This document shows positions 53,427 to 62,080 of a stretch of DNA of 64,000 nucleotides, in pieces. A program made the position numbers and the translations under genes. Below the pieces are notes generated by a model. The model was given only the letters and a program-made list of their open reading frames with translations. It had not been told where the DNA came from and made no database searches. Source of the DNA: a virus. The stretch is taken from IMG/VR virus record IMGVR_UViG_3300028648_000064, positions 3,708 through 67,707 of that record; one strand, written 5' to 3'. Positions within the stretch are counted from its first letter, which is position 1. Each line of letters begins with the position of its first letter.

Positions 53427-53597
53427 TCACCACACCGACCCGAGCGCGTGAACGCCGTCCCGGCAGAATCGACACTCCGGCGCGCAGTAGCCTTCGACGA
53501 TCGCGCGCGGCATCCGCCGACGACCGCCCGCGCTTCGCCACCGTCGCGCCAACGACAGCATCCGACCAAACCATGCGAGGCGGCGGGTGCTAGCCAT
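53427..53597 (-). CDS. possible small basic protein (56 aa)
   Basis: Fills the gap and overlaps both neighbours; C..EC..C motif. Confidence 0.35.
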   Translation of the reverse strand: MASTRRLAWFGRMLSLARRWRSAGGRRRMPRAIVEGYCAPECRFCRDGVHALGSVW

Positions 53598-54363
53598 GCC
53601 GCACCGCTTCCCCCTCCCGAAACGCCCACGGGTACGCGTCCCCGACCGCATCAGCGTCCGCGTAGCCGCACATGTAGTACCGCCGACTCCGCTCCGTCGT
53701 GTTCGGTTGCGACCCGTGGATCACGAGCGGATGCCAGAGCCCGACCGATCCTGCCGTGACGAGCGCGGGCTGCACCGGCCCGTAGCGGTCGTCCATGTCC
53801 CACGCGCCGCCCTTCCGCTTCGCGACGTCGTCGAGCGTCCAGAGCCCGTCGACGTCGCCCGCGCGGTGGCTCCCCGGTACGAACACGATCGCGCCCTGCT
53901 CGATCGCCGTCACGTCGTCGAGGAAGATCGCCGCCTGCACGTAGCGCTCGGGGGCCTCCATCGCGTCCCGGAAGATCACGTCCCGGTGCCACTGGAAGGC
54001 GTCCGGATCGCCCGGCGTCCGGTAGTAGAGCTGGCTCGTGCCGCTTCGAAGGCTCGTCGTGCCGAGGATCAGCTGCACGAGCGCCAGCATCCGCGAATCC
54101 GTCCGCGCGCCGTCGAGCGTCGCCGCGAGGAGCGACGGCCAGAACGCGATCCGCGTGGCGCCGTTCGGGGCCATCTCGCGGTCGCACGCGGGGTGCGTCT
54201 CCACGTACGCGGCCGCCTCTTTCATGGCGGCCACTTCCGTCAGCGAGAAGACGTTGTGGACGAGGGCGTAGCCGTCGCGGTGGTAGGCCGCGAGCCAGTC
54301 GGGGGCGGACGGAGCTTCGCCGGCCGTCGCAGGTTTCGTGCGGCGGCGGGCGAGGAGGCTCAT
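53590..54363 (-). CDS. Fe(II)/2-oxoglutarate dioxygenase, phytanoyl-CoA dioxygenase family
   Basis: YHRDGY, WHRD (HxD), FVPGSH, WHPLVIHGS..N...RR. Confidence 0.9.
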   Translation of the reverse strand: MSLLARRRTKPATAGEAPSAPDWLAAYHRDGYALVHNVFSLTEVAAMKEAAAYVETHPACDREMAPNGATRIAFWPSLLAATLDGARTDSRMLALVQLILGTTSLRSGTSQLYYRTPGDPDAFQWHRDVIFRDAMEAPERYVQAAIFLDDVTAIEQGAIVFVPGSHRAGDVDGLWTLDDVAKRKGGAWDMDDRYGPVQPALVTAGSVGLWHPLVIHGSQPNTTERSRRYYMCGYADADAVGDAYPWAFREGEAVRHG

Positions 54364-54372
54364 GGGCTGAGT

Positions 54373-54921
54373 TTACCCGGGTACTACGCTAGCGAATCTG
54401 CCACCGGTACGTGGCTGGTTCCTGTACGCACGCTGGGGAGCTACGCCCCCAGGTAGATGCGCCCACCGACGCCCAGTCGCCGCCCTACTCACTCGCGAGC
54501 GGGGCACCCCCAACCACTGCGCGATCGCGGCGACGCTAATTCCGCGCCTTCGTGCGGCTCGAATTGCCCTCACCGCTTCGTCCGAGAATCGGGCTAGCGG
54601 GTGGCGGACTCCGACATTCGACCGCCCCTTCGACCGCATGTCGCGCATGTTGTCCTCGTGCGTGCCGAGGAAGAGGTGCGCGGGGTTGCAGCACGGCGGG
54701 TTGTCGCACCGGTGCAGCACCAAGAGGCCGTCTGGTATTTCGCCATTCGCCAGCGCCCACGCGACTCGATGAGCAAGGACCACCGGCGTGACGTGCCCCC
54801 GTCCTATATGAGCCTTTCCGTAGCCCAGTGGGGATCGAGCGTGTGCCCATTCCCAGCATCCGTCGGGCGAGCGCCGATCAACGCTCGCCCAGAATTTCTC
54901 GGCATCAACGACGGCTAACAA
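54373..54921 (-). CDS. HNH homing endonuclease (HNH_3 type)
   Basis: FWASV...GCWEW...AHRVAW...LHRCDNPPCCNPAHLFLGT..DN. Confidence 0.9.
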   Translation of the reverse strand: MLAVVDAEKFWASVDRRSPDGCWEWAHARSPLGYGKAHIGRGHVTPVVLAHRVAWALANGEIPDGLLVLHRCDNPPCCNPAHLFLGTHEDNMRDMRSKGRSNVGVRHPLARFSDEAVRAIRAARRRGISVAAIAQWLGVPRSRVSRAATGRRWAHLPGGVAPQRAYRNQPRTGGRFASVVPG

Positions 54922-55125
54922 TCATTCCTCGATGTTGCCCTTCGCGGCGTTTGTGTGACCGTTGCGGCTGAGGAGTTGCCTCGCCCCGCCGTTAATCGGC
55001 TTCGGCGGGCTCAGCTGTCCCAGGTCGACGCTCACAGCGTTGCCTCTGCGGGTGACGGCTTTCTTCACGCGGCGTTCGATGAGGTCAGCGATCTCGGCCG
55101 GGGTCGGCTTTTTCCTGGAGGCCAT
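54922..55125 (-). CDS. small basic hypothetical protein (67 aa)
   Basis: MASRKKPTPAEIADLIERR...; abuts the HNH start. Confidence 0.55.
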   Translation of the reverse strand: MASRKKPTPAEIADLIERRVKKAVTRRGNAVSVDLGQLSPPKPINGGARQLLSRNGHTNAAKGNIEE

Positions 55126-55189
55126 GCCTGAAGGCATGCCCCAGCACACGCGGCGAGCGCAAACGGTCGCACCCGGATCTCAGGAGGGG

Positions 55190-55222
55190 GGCCGCGACCC
55201 GCATGCGGGACGGGTCGCGGCC
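55190..55222. promoter_or_regulatory. 12-bp inverted repeat with a nested palindrome in a long intergenic region
   Basis: ggccgcgacccg / cgggtcgcggcc, with internal cccgcatgcggg. Confidence 0.5.
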
Positions 55223-55319
55223 AGTGCGATCGTGGAAGCCGCCTGGTGGACGGACCTACCGACGACTGTCATGTAACATGCCGGCGCCATTCACCAAGAG
55301 GCGTTGATAGGGCGTCGGG

Positions 55320-55565
55320 CTAGCGTGGGGATGGGCGTTCGGGGGGCGTCTGTCGTTGAGGCCGCCCGAACGGCGCACGCGCCCGGTCTCGCACCCATTC
55401 GAGGATGGCGTCCGAGCTCGTCCAGAGGCGGCCGCCGCTGTCGGCGAAGAGCGGGAACCCGTCGCGGCGCGCGAGGCGCTTGAGCGACTTCTCGGTCCGC
55501 TCCATCACCGCCGAGATTTCCTTCAGGCCGTTGTAGATCGTGCCTGGTTCGAGCTTCAGCGCCAC
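55320..55565 (-). CDS. small winged-helix DNA-binding protein (excisionase/AlpA/MerR-like)
   Basis: GLKEISAVMERTEKSLKRLARRDGFP...GGRLWT...ILEW. Confidence 0.7.
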   Translation of the reverse strand: MALKLEPGTIYNGLKEISAVMERTEKSLKRLARRDGFPLFADSGGRLWTSSDAILEWVRDRARAPFGRPQRQTPPERPSPR

Positions 55566-55577
55566 CCCGCCTCCCGT

Positions 55578-55760
55578 TCAGTACGCTTCGATGATGAACT
55601 CGTCGTCCGCTTCCTCGAAGTCCGGACCGAAGAGTCGCCGGCGTTCCGCTAGCGCTTCGCACTCGCCCACGATGGCGCGGCCCGCGTCGTAGCCGAGGAC
55701 GCCGAGCGCCACCCACATCGGGTAGTGCATCCAGGCGAACCAGTCATGTTCTCGTGGCAT
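55578..55760 (-). CDS. small membrane protein (60 aa)
   Basis: MPREHDWF... one TM segment, acidic tail. Confidence 0.5.
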   Translation of the reverse strand: MPREHDWFAWMHYPMWVALGVLGYDAGRAIVGECEALAERRRLFGPDFEEADDEFIIEAY

Positions 55761-56184
55761 CCAGCCTCCCCACGACGATGCCGGTCTTGCCGCCCCGGCT
55801 GATCTCGTCGCCCACCTGGTAGTCGTCCGGTCCGCGCCGCCGCGCGCGTACCATTTCCGCTTCGAACGCCTCCGCCTCAACGTTTCGCAGCCGATAGGGA
55901 CCGCCGTCTTGCAGCTCGACAAACTCGGCGTGCCCGAGCTCACCGCATGCCGCGCGCCGGTAGACCGCCACGACCTCGGGCAGCATGACGCCAGCCTCCA
56001 CCCAAGGGCACCCGTCGCCTTCGATCCGCAACGTGATCGTCGCCTCGTTCCAGCTTTCGTCGCGCGGGCGCATCGCCGTGATCCGCATGCCCGGCGGGAG
56101 GCGGAGCACCGCGGCGAGCATCGCCCACGAGACGTGCAGGACGGCGCCTTGGCGGAAGTCGAGTCCGTGCAAGCCGAGGTTCAC
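55744..56184 (-). CDS. hypothetical protein
   Basis: 146 aa; GTGA-coupled. Confidence 0.6.
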   Translation of the reverse strand: MNLGLHGLDFRQGAVLHVSWAMLAAVLRLPPGMRITAMRPRDESWNEATITLRIEGDGCPWVEAGVMLPEVVAVYRRAACGELGHAEFVELQDGGPYRLRNVEAEAFEAEMVRARRRGPDDYQVGDEISRGGKTGIVVGRLDATRT

Positions 56185-56402
56185 GGTCTCGCCCGCCTTC
56201 CCGCCGCGTCGTCCGTCTGCTCACGGAGCCACCGATCGTCATCCGACTCCGGCCGCCTCGCGTTCGCGATCGCGACGCCGATGAAGACGAGCACCCCACC
56301 CGTCACGCACCAGCCCGCGACCGGACTGTAGCGCCAGGCGCCGTAGCCGAGACAGGCGAAGCCGAGGAGGATGAGGAGGCCGGCGGCGTTGTTGGTCGTC
56401 AT
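56181..56402 (-). CDS. two-TM membrane protein (73 aa)
   Basis: Two hydrophobic segments; ATGA overlap. Confidence 0.65.
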   Translation of the reverse strand: MTTNNAAGLLILLGFACLGYGAWRYSPVAGWCVTGGVLVFIGVAIANARRPESDDDRWLREQTDDAAGRRARP

Positions 56403-56944
56403 GCGGCGGATGCCTCGTCAGGAAAGTTGAGGCGTGCGAATTTGCCGTGCAGCTTCAGCGCCGCTCGATCATATGCCCGGGCCGCGTCCTCGGCCGAGTA
56501 GAAGGTCCCGAGGCCGCGTCGTCGGTAGTTGTACCGAATGTTCGCCTTCCACCGCCGATCGCGCGCGTGCCATACCACGCCGATGAACCCGTGCTTATTG
56601 CCTTTGCCGCGCGCGTTCCACGAATTCTCTTGGTACGTGGCCACCCGCAAATTGCTGCGTCGATTGTCGAGCCCGTTGCCGTTCCGGTGATCGGCTACCA
56701 CCTTCGCGCGCTTCCCGTTGCGCAATCCGAGCAGGAAGCAGTGCATGCGGATCAACTTTCCATCGCCACGCGGCAGGTCGGCACGACTGACAGCGTAGAC
56801 TTTCCCGTCTCGGACATCCGCGCACCAATTGTAGCGGCCGACGCGCTCTGCATCGACGGCATCGATGATCGCGACGTGGCCTTTTGTGAGCGTGACGTGG
56901 AACGTGCCGTCCGGCTGCGGCACCAAGGGTCGCAGCTTTTTCAC
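56399..56944 (-). CDS. HNH endonuclease with AP2 domain
   Basis: [16 protein letters not shown]; GFIGV...W.A.I...[16 protein letters not shown]. Confidence 0.92.
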   Translation of the reverse strand: MKKLRPLVPQPDGTFHVTLTKGHVAIIDAVDAERVGRYNWCADVRDGKVYAVSRADLPRGDGKLIRMHCFLLGLRNGKRAKVVADHRNGNGLDNRRSNLRVATYQENSWNARGKGNKHGFIGVVWHARDRRWKANIRYNYRRRGLGTFYSAEDAARAYDRAALKLHGKFARLNFPDEASAA

Positions 56945-57702
56945 GCTCGCACCTCGTTGGCCAACCGGAACTCCCCCAGTGGCACGTCGACCTGCCCCGC
57001 ATGGAATTTGAGGACGTGCCACTCGGCGTAGAACTCCGGCGGCGGCGAATTGACGTGCGCTGCGGAGCTCAAAACGCCCACGTTGTTGCATCTCGAGAGG
57101 ACCGGGAACGCTTCGCGAAGCCCTGCGCGCTCGCGGGCGGCGTTGACGTCGCAGTCCCACGACATGCGCCCGCGCCCGACCTGGTTGCGGATCATGGCCC
57201 ACCGGCTGCGCCAGATGCCGAAGCCCCAGACGTGGGTCCACGCCCGCGTCCGCACCTCGTGCCAGCGCTCGGGCGGGGGCATGGCGGGCTCCCTGTTGTA
57301 CGTGGTCGCACTCAGCACGCGCGTGTCGTCCCAGAACTGCGCCGCCGCCCACGCGAGGAAGGTGAGGCCGTCAGCCGCAAGGACAACGTCGTCCTCGATC
57401 AGGCATACGTAGTCGACGTCGCCGCGCGCAAAGCCGGCGTTGATCGCGGCGAGCGTGTTCGCGTTGACGCCGAGACGTTCCCGGTTGCGCACGAGCGTCG
57501 TGCCGCCATGGAACCGGCGACAGAACGCCTCGCACAAGGCCATGACTTCGTCTGATCCGGGCTCGACGTGCAGATGGATCGGCACGTCGCGGCCCAGCGC
57601 TTCGAGTGCGACCGCGAGGGCGTTGAGCGACTGGCGCGAGTAGTCCGGGCGCTTGAATGCCGTGCAGACGACGGCGATCTCGGGGCGGATGTCGTCGCTC
57701 AT
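56941..57702 (-). CDS. GT-A fold glycosyltransferase
   Basis: [39 protein letters not shown]. Confidence 0.8.
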   Translation of the reverse strand: MSDDIRPEIAVVCTAFKRPDYSRQSLNALAVALEALGRDVPIHLHVEPGSDEVMALCEAFCRRFHGGTTLVRNRERLGVNANTLAAINAGFARGDVDYVCLIEDDVVLAADGLTFLAWAAAQFWDDTRVLSATTYNREPAMPPPERWHEVRTRAWTHVWGFGIWRSRWAMIRNQVGRGRMSWDCDVNAARERAGLREAFPVLSRCNNVGVLSSAAHVNSPPPEFYAEWHVLKFHAGQVDVPLGEFRLANEVRA

Positions 57703-57968
57703 GCTCGGGCCGCCCGCCGGTTGTGCGCCGCGATCAGCGCATCGACCGCTTCGTCGAACGTCGCGGCGTCGCTGTCGCTTTCCATGTCTTGTTGGGCGAC
57801 GCCCGAGGCTTCGCGGGCCAGGTCGTAGTCCTCGCTCTCCAGCATGAAGAACCACTGGCGGCCGGGCCGGTGGCCGAGGTGGCGCCCGACGATGCCGAGC
57901 CGCCGGTCGCCGATCATGACGTCGGCGACCTGGTGTTGCAGCGTGACCTGCGCTCGCGTGACGCTCAT
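57699..57968 (-). CDS. hypothetical protein (89 aa)
   Basis: ATGA overlaps at both ends. Confidence 0.6.
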   Translation of the reverse strand: MSVTRAQVTLQHQVADVMIGDRRLGIVGRHLGHRPGRQWFFMLESEDYDLAREASGVAQQDMESDSDAATFDEAVDALIAAHNRRAARA

Positions 57969-58477
57969 GCCCCTATCCTCCGTCCTTCCGTCCGCGCCCC
58001 TCGATAGTCGTAGAACGTCGTGATCAGGACCCCCGCATCGCCACGCGCGAACGGATCGAGCGGCCGATCGTCGAGGAGCCCCGCCGCGAGCAAGCCCGCG
58101 CGCGTCTTTTCGAAGCCGAGGCACACGAGATCGACAAACTTCTCGTGATACATTTTCTCGCCCGTCGCCGCGGCGAGCAGCTCGCACTTGCTCGTCGACG
58201 CACGGACGCGGCGCGGTTGATACTCGCCTGGTTTTGGCTTGCTCCGACTGACCGGCAAATCCGGCCGCGTCACTTCGAGCTCGATCGCGCCCGCTTCGAT
58301 CGGCGTGCACGCCTTCATGGCTCGCGCCAAGTCCGCTTCTTCCTCGAGGATGGCATGCGGGTCGGAGATCCGCGGCCCCTCGCCGGCGAGTGCCAGCGTG
58401 CAGCGCCCGGAGAGCAGCGCGAGCAAGGTGTAGCGGCGGGTGAGGGCCGACATGACGCTTGGATAGGTGTCAGGCAT
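57965..58477 (-). CDS. hypothetical protein (170 aa)
   Basis: Coupled ORF with protein-like composition. Confidence 0.55.
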   Translation of the reverse strand: MPDTYPSVMSALTRRYTLLALLSGRCTLALAGEGPRISDPHAILEEEADLARAMKACTPIEAGAIELEVTRPDLPVSRSKPKPGEYQPRRVRASTSKCELLAAATGEKMYHEKFVDLVCLGFEKTRAGLLAAGLLDDRPLDPFARGDAGVLITTFYDYRGARTEGRRIGA

Positions 58478-59090
58478 CGGCCATCGCCTCTTTCCGCTGC
58501 GCGTCGTAGCTCCGCAGCATGGCCGCGATCGCATCGACGGCGTCCTTGAACGTCGCGCCGGCTCGCAGATGCGCGCTCACGTACCCCGCCGAGAAGCCGC
58601 CCGTCACCGTGAATCCATCCTCCGCGTTGCCGGAGATGTGCCCGATGACGTCGCCGGCCTTGTAGACGTACGCGTCATGCCGCGCTCGCACGGGCCACCG
58701 GCGCGATTCGCGTATCACGATCTCCGGCTCACCGATGTCGACGTTGGGGTGCGGCGCCATCGGCGGCGACGTGCTCGCGCGCGGGATGGCCGGCACCTCG
58801 AAATAGAGCGCCACCTCCTCTTGCGCCTCGGGACGCTCGTCGAGCCGGTACTGATCAAAGAGGCTCGCTTCCAGGTCGCCGAGATCGTCACCGCGATACA
58901 GCACCTCGCGGAGCTTGAACCTCCGCACGCTTCGTCCGCTCTCGTTCCACTCGCGCACGAGTTCGAGGAACGAGATCGGATCGGCCGCGACCGGACCCCG
59001 AAATGGGATCGGGATGTCGAGCAGCTCCGGCGTCCGTTCCATCTCGATCAACCGCGAGCACCCGCACGACGTCACCAACAGCACCAGCAT
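58470..59090 (-). CDS. hypothetical protein
   Basis: 206-aa ORF with GGAGG upstream; start uncertain. Confidence 0.55.
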   Translation of the reverse strand: MLVLLVTSCGCSRLIEMERTPELLDIPIPFRGPVAADPISFLELVREWNESGRSVRRFKLREVLYRGDDLGDLEASLFDQYRLDERPEAQEEVALYFEVPAIPRASTSPPMAPHPNVDIGEPEIVIRESRRWPVRARHDAYVYKAGDVIGHISGNAEDGFTVTGGFSAGYVSAHLRAGATFKDAVDAIAAMLRSYDAQRKEAMADA

Positions 59091-59109
59091 GCTCCGCCTC
59101 CTCGCCGGT

Positions 59110-59502
59110 TTAGCCCGGCACCACCACGATCAACGGCTTCCGTTCCACCGCCTTCTTCATCTCCTGCACGATTCCCTGCACCACCGGCACCGCCTCCGGC
59201 GTCGTCGTTTGGATCACCCCCGCGTCCACGACTTGAAGAAACCGCGCCATCACTTGCCGGTTCTGCGACGCTTCGACCGGCGGCGTCGGTTCCACTTCCG
59301 TCACGTTGAAGCCCTGCACTTCTTTCGTCGCCCGGTTCTCGACCATGACCTGGAGCGCGGCGCCGCTCCGAAGGTGGTTCACCGCAACGGCGATCGCCTG
59401 CTCGTACGTCTGGGCGTCGTTGACGGTGACGTCGAGGACGACGCGGAAACCGGCGACGGGGACGGGGCCGCCGGTCGCATGGCCGTTCAGACCTTCAGGC
59501 AT
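59110..59502 (-). CDS. hypothetical protein (130 aa)
   Basis: MPEGLNGH...; overlaps the upstream stop. Confidence 0.6.
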   Translation of the reverse strand: MPEGLNGHATGGPVPVAGFRVVLDVTVNDAQTYEQAIAVAVNHLRSGAALQVMVENRATKEVQGFNVTEVEPTPPVEASQNRQVMARFLQVVDAGVIQTTTPEAVPVVQGIVQEMKKAVERKPLIVVVPG

Positions 59503-59830
59503 GGGACACTCCCGCTTCGATCTCGGCGAGCGAGCGTTGGTCTTTGGGGTTCGGGATGTGGACCGGGTTGCCCTGCTGTCGGATCCATTCGAGCACCTCG
59601 GCCGCCGTCCGCAGTGGCGCTGCCTCTGCCGCACGGATCGCCGCCTCGATCTCGCATGCCTCGCGCGATGACAGTCCGGACGCAGGGGGTGGCGGCGGTG
59701 GCGGGCTTGGCGGCTCCGTCGTGGCCGGCGGATACCAGACGCCACCGTTCGCACCGCCCGGCGCCACGCCACGGCGGAGCATCAGGCCGAGCAGGCATCC
59801 CGCGACGAACGCGGCTGTGATCGCACTCAT
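59495..59830 (-). CDS. membrane-anchored Pro-rich protein (111 aa)
   Basis: N-terminal TM segment followed by a poly-Pro linker. Confidence 0.55.
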   Translation of the reverse strand: MSAITAAFVAGCLLGLMLRRGVAPGGANGGVWYPPATTEPPSPPPPPPPASGLSSREACEIEAAIRAAEAAPLRTAAEVLEWIRQQGNPVHIPNPKDQRSLAEIEAGVSHA

Positions 59831-60114
59831 TGGACGCCAACCTCCGCGCACGTCGGAATGGATGCCCGGCAGTCCTTCCGCTCCTCCCGCGCGTCCCGTC
59901 GACACTCGCGCAGCGTTTCGATCTCGAATCCCGTCTCGAGATACCGGTCCCGGGCGTACGCTTCCGTGCAGTCGAGGAGCGCCTGCTTTTGGTCGACGCG
60001 GCAGCGATCCCGGTCGATGTTCAGGAGCGCGCGGCAGTAGTCGAGGTCGGAGAAGGCGTGCACCGGGGAGGCGGAGAGGAGCACGAGGAGCACCGTGGCG
60101 ATCGAGCGGATCAT
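59827..60114 (-). CDS. secreted Cys-rich helical protein (95 aa)
   Basis: Signal peptide ending SPVHA-F; six Cys with C-x10-C spacing. Confidence 0.7.
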   Translation of the reverse strand: MIRSIATVLLVLLSASPVHAFSDLDYCRALLNIDRDRCRVDQKQALLDCTEAYARDRYLETGFEIETLRECRRDAREERKDCRASIPTCAEVGVQ

Positions 60115-60731
60115 GGTGCCTCCGCAGGGGTCGACGTCCGCTCCCCGCCGTGGGGCCGTGGGGCGAGCCGGTCGATGATGTCGAGAAGTCGCGTGTGTAG
60201 GCTGTCGGGCGCGCCGTAGATCCGCGCCTTTTCCATGTAGACCCGTTCTTCCGGCGTGAGTCGGTCTGCCCGTTCTCCGCCATGGGTCGAGGGTGGCGGA
60301 CTCTCACCGCCATTCGTCGGAGCCCCATGCCCCGTGTCTTCGTGGCCTGTCAGGGCGCGCGTCCCAGCAGGCTTAGACGACCCCTCGTCAAGCGTGGCGT
60401 TGCGAATAGCATCGAGCAGCCGCGCGGCGAAGTTGCGAAGATTGCCCGCCACAAACGTCCGCTCATCTTCGGTTGCGTGCGGCGTCCAGGGCAGTGCCCG
60501 GATAAACGCTTCGACGTTCTCCGCGAACGCGACGGCCGCATAGACCTTCGCCTGTGCCGCCTCGAAGTATGTCCAATCTTCTTCGTTCATCGGTGCCCGT
60601 TCTCCGCCGTGGACGTCGGGACAGCCCCTACAATGGGCGTCCACTTCCACCTCGACGCTCATGCCGTTCTCGTCGTGATACTCGCGCCGCTTGGTGCGGA
60701 TGCCCTTACACGTTGGCTCGGGCACGCTCAT
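60111..60731 (-). CDS. hypothetical protein
   Basis: MSVPEPT...; ATGA overlap; an internal ATG (MNEEDW) is an alternative start. Confidence 0.55.
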   Translation of the reverse strand: MSVPEPTCKGIRTKRREYHDENGMSVEVEVDAHCRGCPDVHGGERAPMNEEDWTYFEAAQAKVYAAVAFAENVEAFIRALPWTPHATEDERTFVAGNLRNFAARLLDAIRNATLDEGSSKPAGTRALTGHEDTGHGAPTNGGESPPPSTHGGERADRLTPEERVYMEKARIYGAPDSLHTRLLDIIDRLAPRPHGGERTSTPAEAP

Positions 60732-60940
60732 TGCCATCCCATCGGGCGCGCTTTGGTGTAGCCCTGCGTCGGGTGCACGATCGGATCGAGGTAGCAGGAA
60801 TCGCAGACCGCTGGTCGCAACAGCACCCAGTCGCGTAGCCGTTGGCGCCACGTTCGACGACGCGGCCTCCACGGATGCGGACCGACGCTCGTATATTCGG
60901 CTATCGTGTTCGTTGGCTCGGGCACGCTTCCCTCGTTCAT
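60728..60940 (-). CDS. hypothetical protein (70 aa)
   Basis: AAGGA RBS; ATGA overlaps. Confidence 0.5.
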   Translation of the reverse strand: MNEGSVPEPTNTIAEYTSVGPHPWRPRRRTWRQRLRDWVLLRPAVCDSCYLDPIVHPTQGYTKARPMGWQ

Positions 60941-61128
60941 GGCTCTGTGTCCTTCACTTTCGACGGATACGCCTGCCACTCCGCGCCACAGGTATGGCAC
61001 TGGAAGATGAGCCGAATAGGCATCGCCGTCAGTCCAAATCCGGTCGTCATGGTCTTCAGCCCCTGCGCCACGCAGGAATTGCAGACAATCGCGAACGGCC
61101 GAGGCTTTGCTGCGCTTCCCTCGTTCAT
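60937..61128 (-). CDS. Zn-ribbon protein (63 aa)
   Basis: CNSC...CHTC. Confidence 0.6.
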   Translation of the reverse strand: MNEGSAAKPRPFAIVCNSCVAQGLKTMTTGFGLTAMPIRLIFQCHTCGAEWQAYPSKVKDTEP

Positions 61129-61415
61129 GGGGTGGTCCTTTCGTCCCTACGTCGCCGATGACGCGAGGGGCAGGTGTCTCGGTTGCAGTAGCCGCCACGG
61201 TGAGCCTCGCGCCGCGCCTCCACGACAAGGCGTTGCACACTCGGATTGCTCGCGACGAACTGCGCCCACTGCGCGTCAAATGCCCGCTCTCGCACCTTGC
61301 GGGCCTGCTCACGGAGCGCGTCGAAGGCCCGGCGATCTCCGTAGTTGAGCGCCCAATCAGCGATAGCCTCAAGCCGTTGCTCTCGTACGCGCGCGATGTT
61401 CACGACCTCGCTCAT
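61125..61415 (-). CDS. hypothetical protein (96 aa)
   Basis: ATGA overlaps at both ends. Confidence 0.55.
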   Translation of the reverse strand: MSEVVNIARVREQRLEAIADWALNYGDRRAFDALREQARKVRERAFDAQWAQFVASNPSVQRLVVEARREAHRGGYCNRDTCPSRHRRRRDERTTP

Positions 61416-61666
61416 GGGTGGGGAGTCCTTACCGACCGCCATTTACGCCAGCGTTCGCACGCGACTTGGGCGCAACGGTCGACGCCTCGGCCCACTTGCA
61501 CCGACCATTCCGCGATCACGAACAGCATCGAGAGCGGCCAGAGCACAACGGCGGCGAGATACACGATGTCGGTGCGCGTCCCGTCCATTTCAAACCACGG
61601 CCCCCAGGTGAAGCCACAGAGCACGACGCCGATCAGGTACGCGACGATCAACCCCTCAACGTCCAC
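61412..61666 (-). CDS. two-TM membrane protein
   Basis: LIVAYLIGVVL...; YLAAVVLWPLSMLF. Confidence 0.65.
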   Translation of the reverse strand: MDVEGLIVAYLIGVVLCGFTWGPWFEMDGTRTDIVYLAAVVLWPLSMLFVIAEWSVQVGRGVDRCAQVACERWRKWRSVRTPHP

Positions 61667-61690
61667 GTCTCCCCCTTCCAGTACGACGGG

Positions 61691-61819
61691 TCACACGCAC
61701 TCAGGGCAGTCTTCGTCGTCGGGCATCAGGCAGCAGCACGTGTCTTCGCCGCAGTCGTGAGGAATGAATCCTGAGCCGCCGCAGGTGCCGCACACCTCAT
61801 CATCGTCAAAGTCGTCCAT
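61691..61819 (-). CDS. tiny acidic Cys-rich protein with a CxxCxGxG motif (42 aa)
   Basis: MDDFDDDEVCGTCGGSGFIPHDCGEDTCCCLMPDDEDCPECV; AGGAAGG RBS. Confidence 0.6.
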   Translation of the reverse strand: MDDFDDDEVCGTCGGSGFIPHDCGEDTCCCLMPDDEDCPECV

Positions 61820-61879
61820 GTTCCTGTTCCCTTCCTTCTCCCGTTCCCCTCAGTCACCGAACGTATTCTGCGTTTGACA

Positions 61880-62056
61880 CTAGAATTTGCAGCGCCGCCG
61901 CGCGCCCACGAATGCGTCCACGACGTCTGAGTGCCCCATGTCGGCAAGGAAAATCAGCAGCACCGCGAGTGCCGCCCCGCGCGCTTCGTCAGGATGCAAC
62001 GCCTCGGTCATGTCGTTCAGAAATGCCCGGGCTCGTTCTTCGCTTTCGTTTGCCAT
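61880..62056 (-). CDS. hypothetical protein (58 aa), not in the ORF track
   Basis: MANESEERARAFLNDMTEALH...; GAGGAG RBS. Confidence 0.55.
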   Translation of the reverse strand: MANESEERARAFLNDMTEALHPDEARGAALAVLLIFLADMGHSDVVDAFVGARRRCKF

Positions 62057-62080
62057 GTCCGTCGTTCTCCTCTGTTCCTT

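Noticed and set aside
55320-55565. Evidence of an integration module
   Set aside because: The fold is excisionase-like, but there is no integrase or att site nearby, so a temperate lifestyle is not demonstrated
50270-56944. HNH genes as group I intron ORFs
   Set aside because: Flanking genes are complete on each side and spacing leaves no room for intron core structure
61874-61879. TTGACA promoter -35 on the plus strand
   Set aside because: No -10 hexamer at 16-18 nt, and it lies at the 3' end of a minus-strand gene
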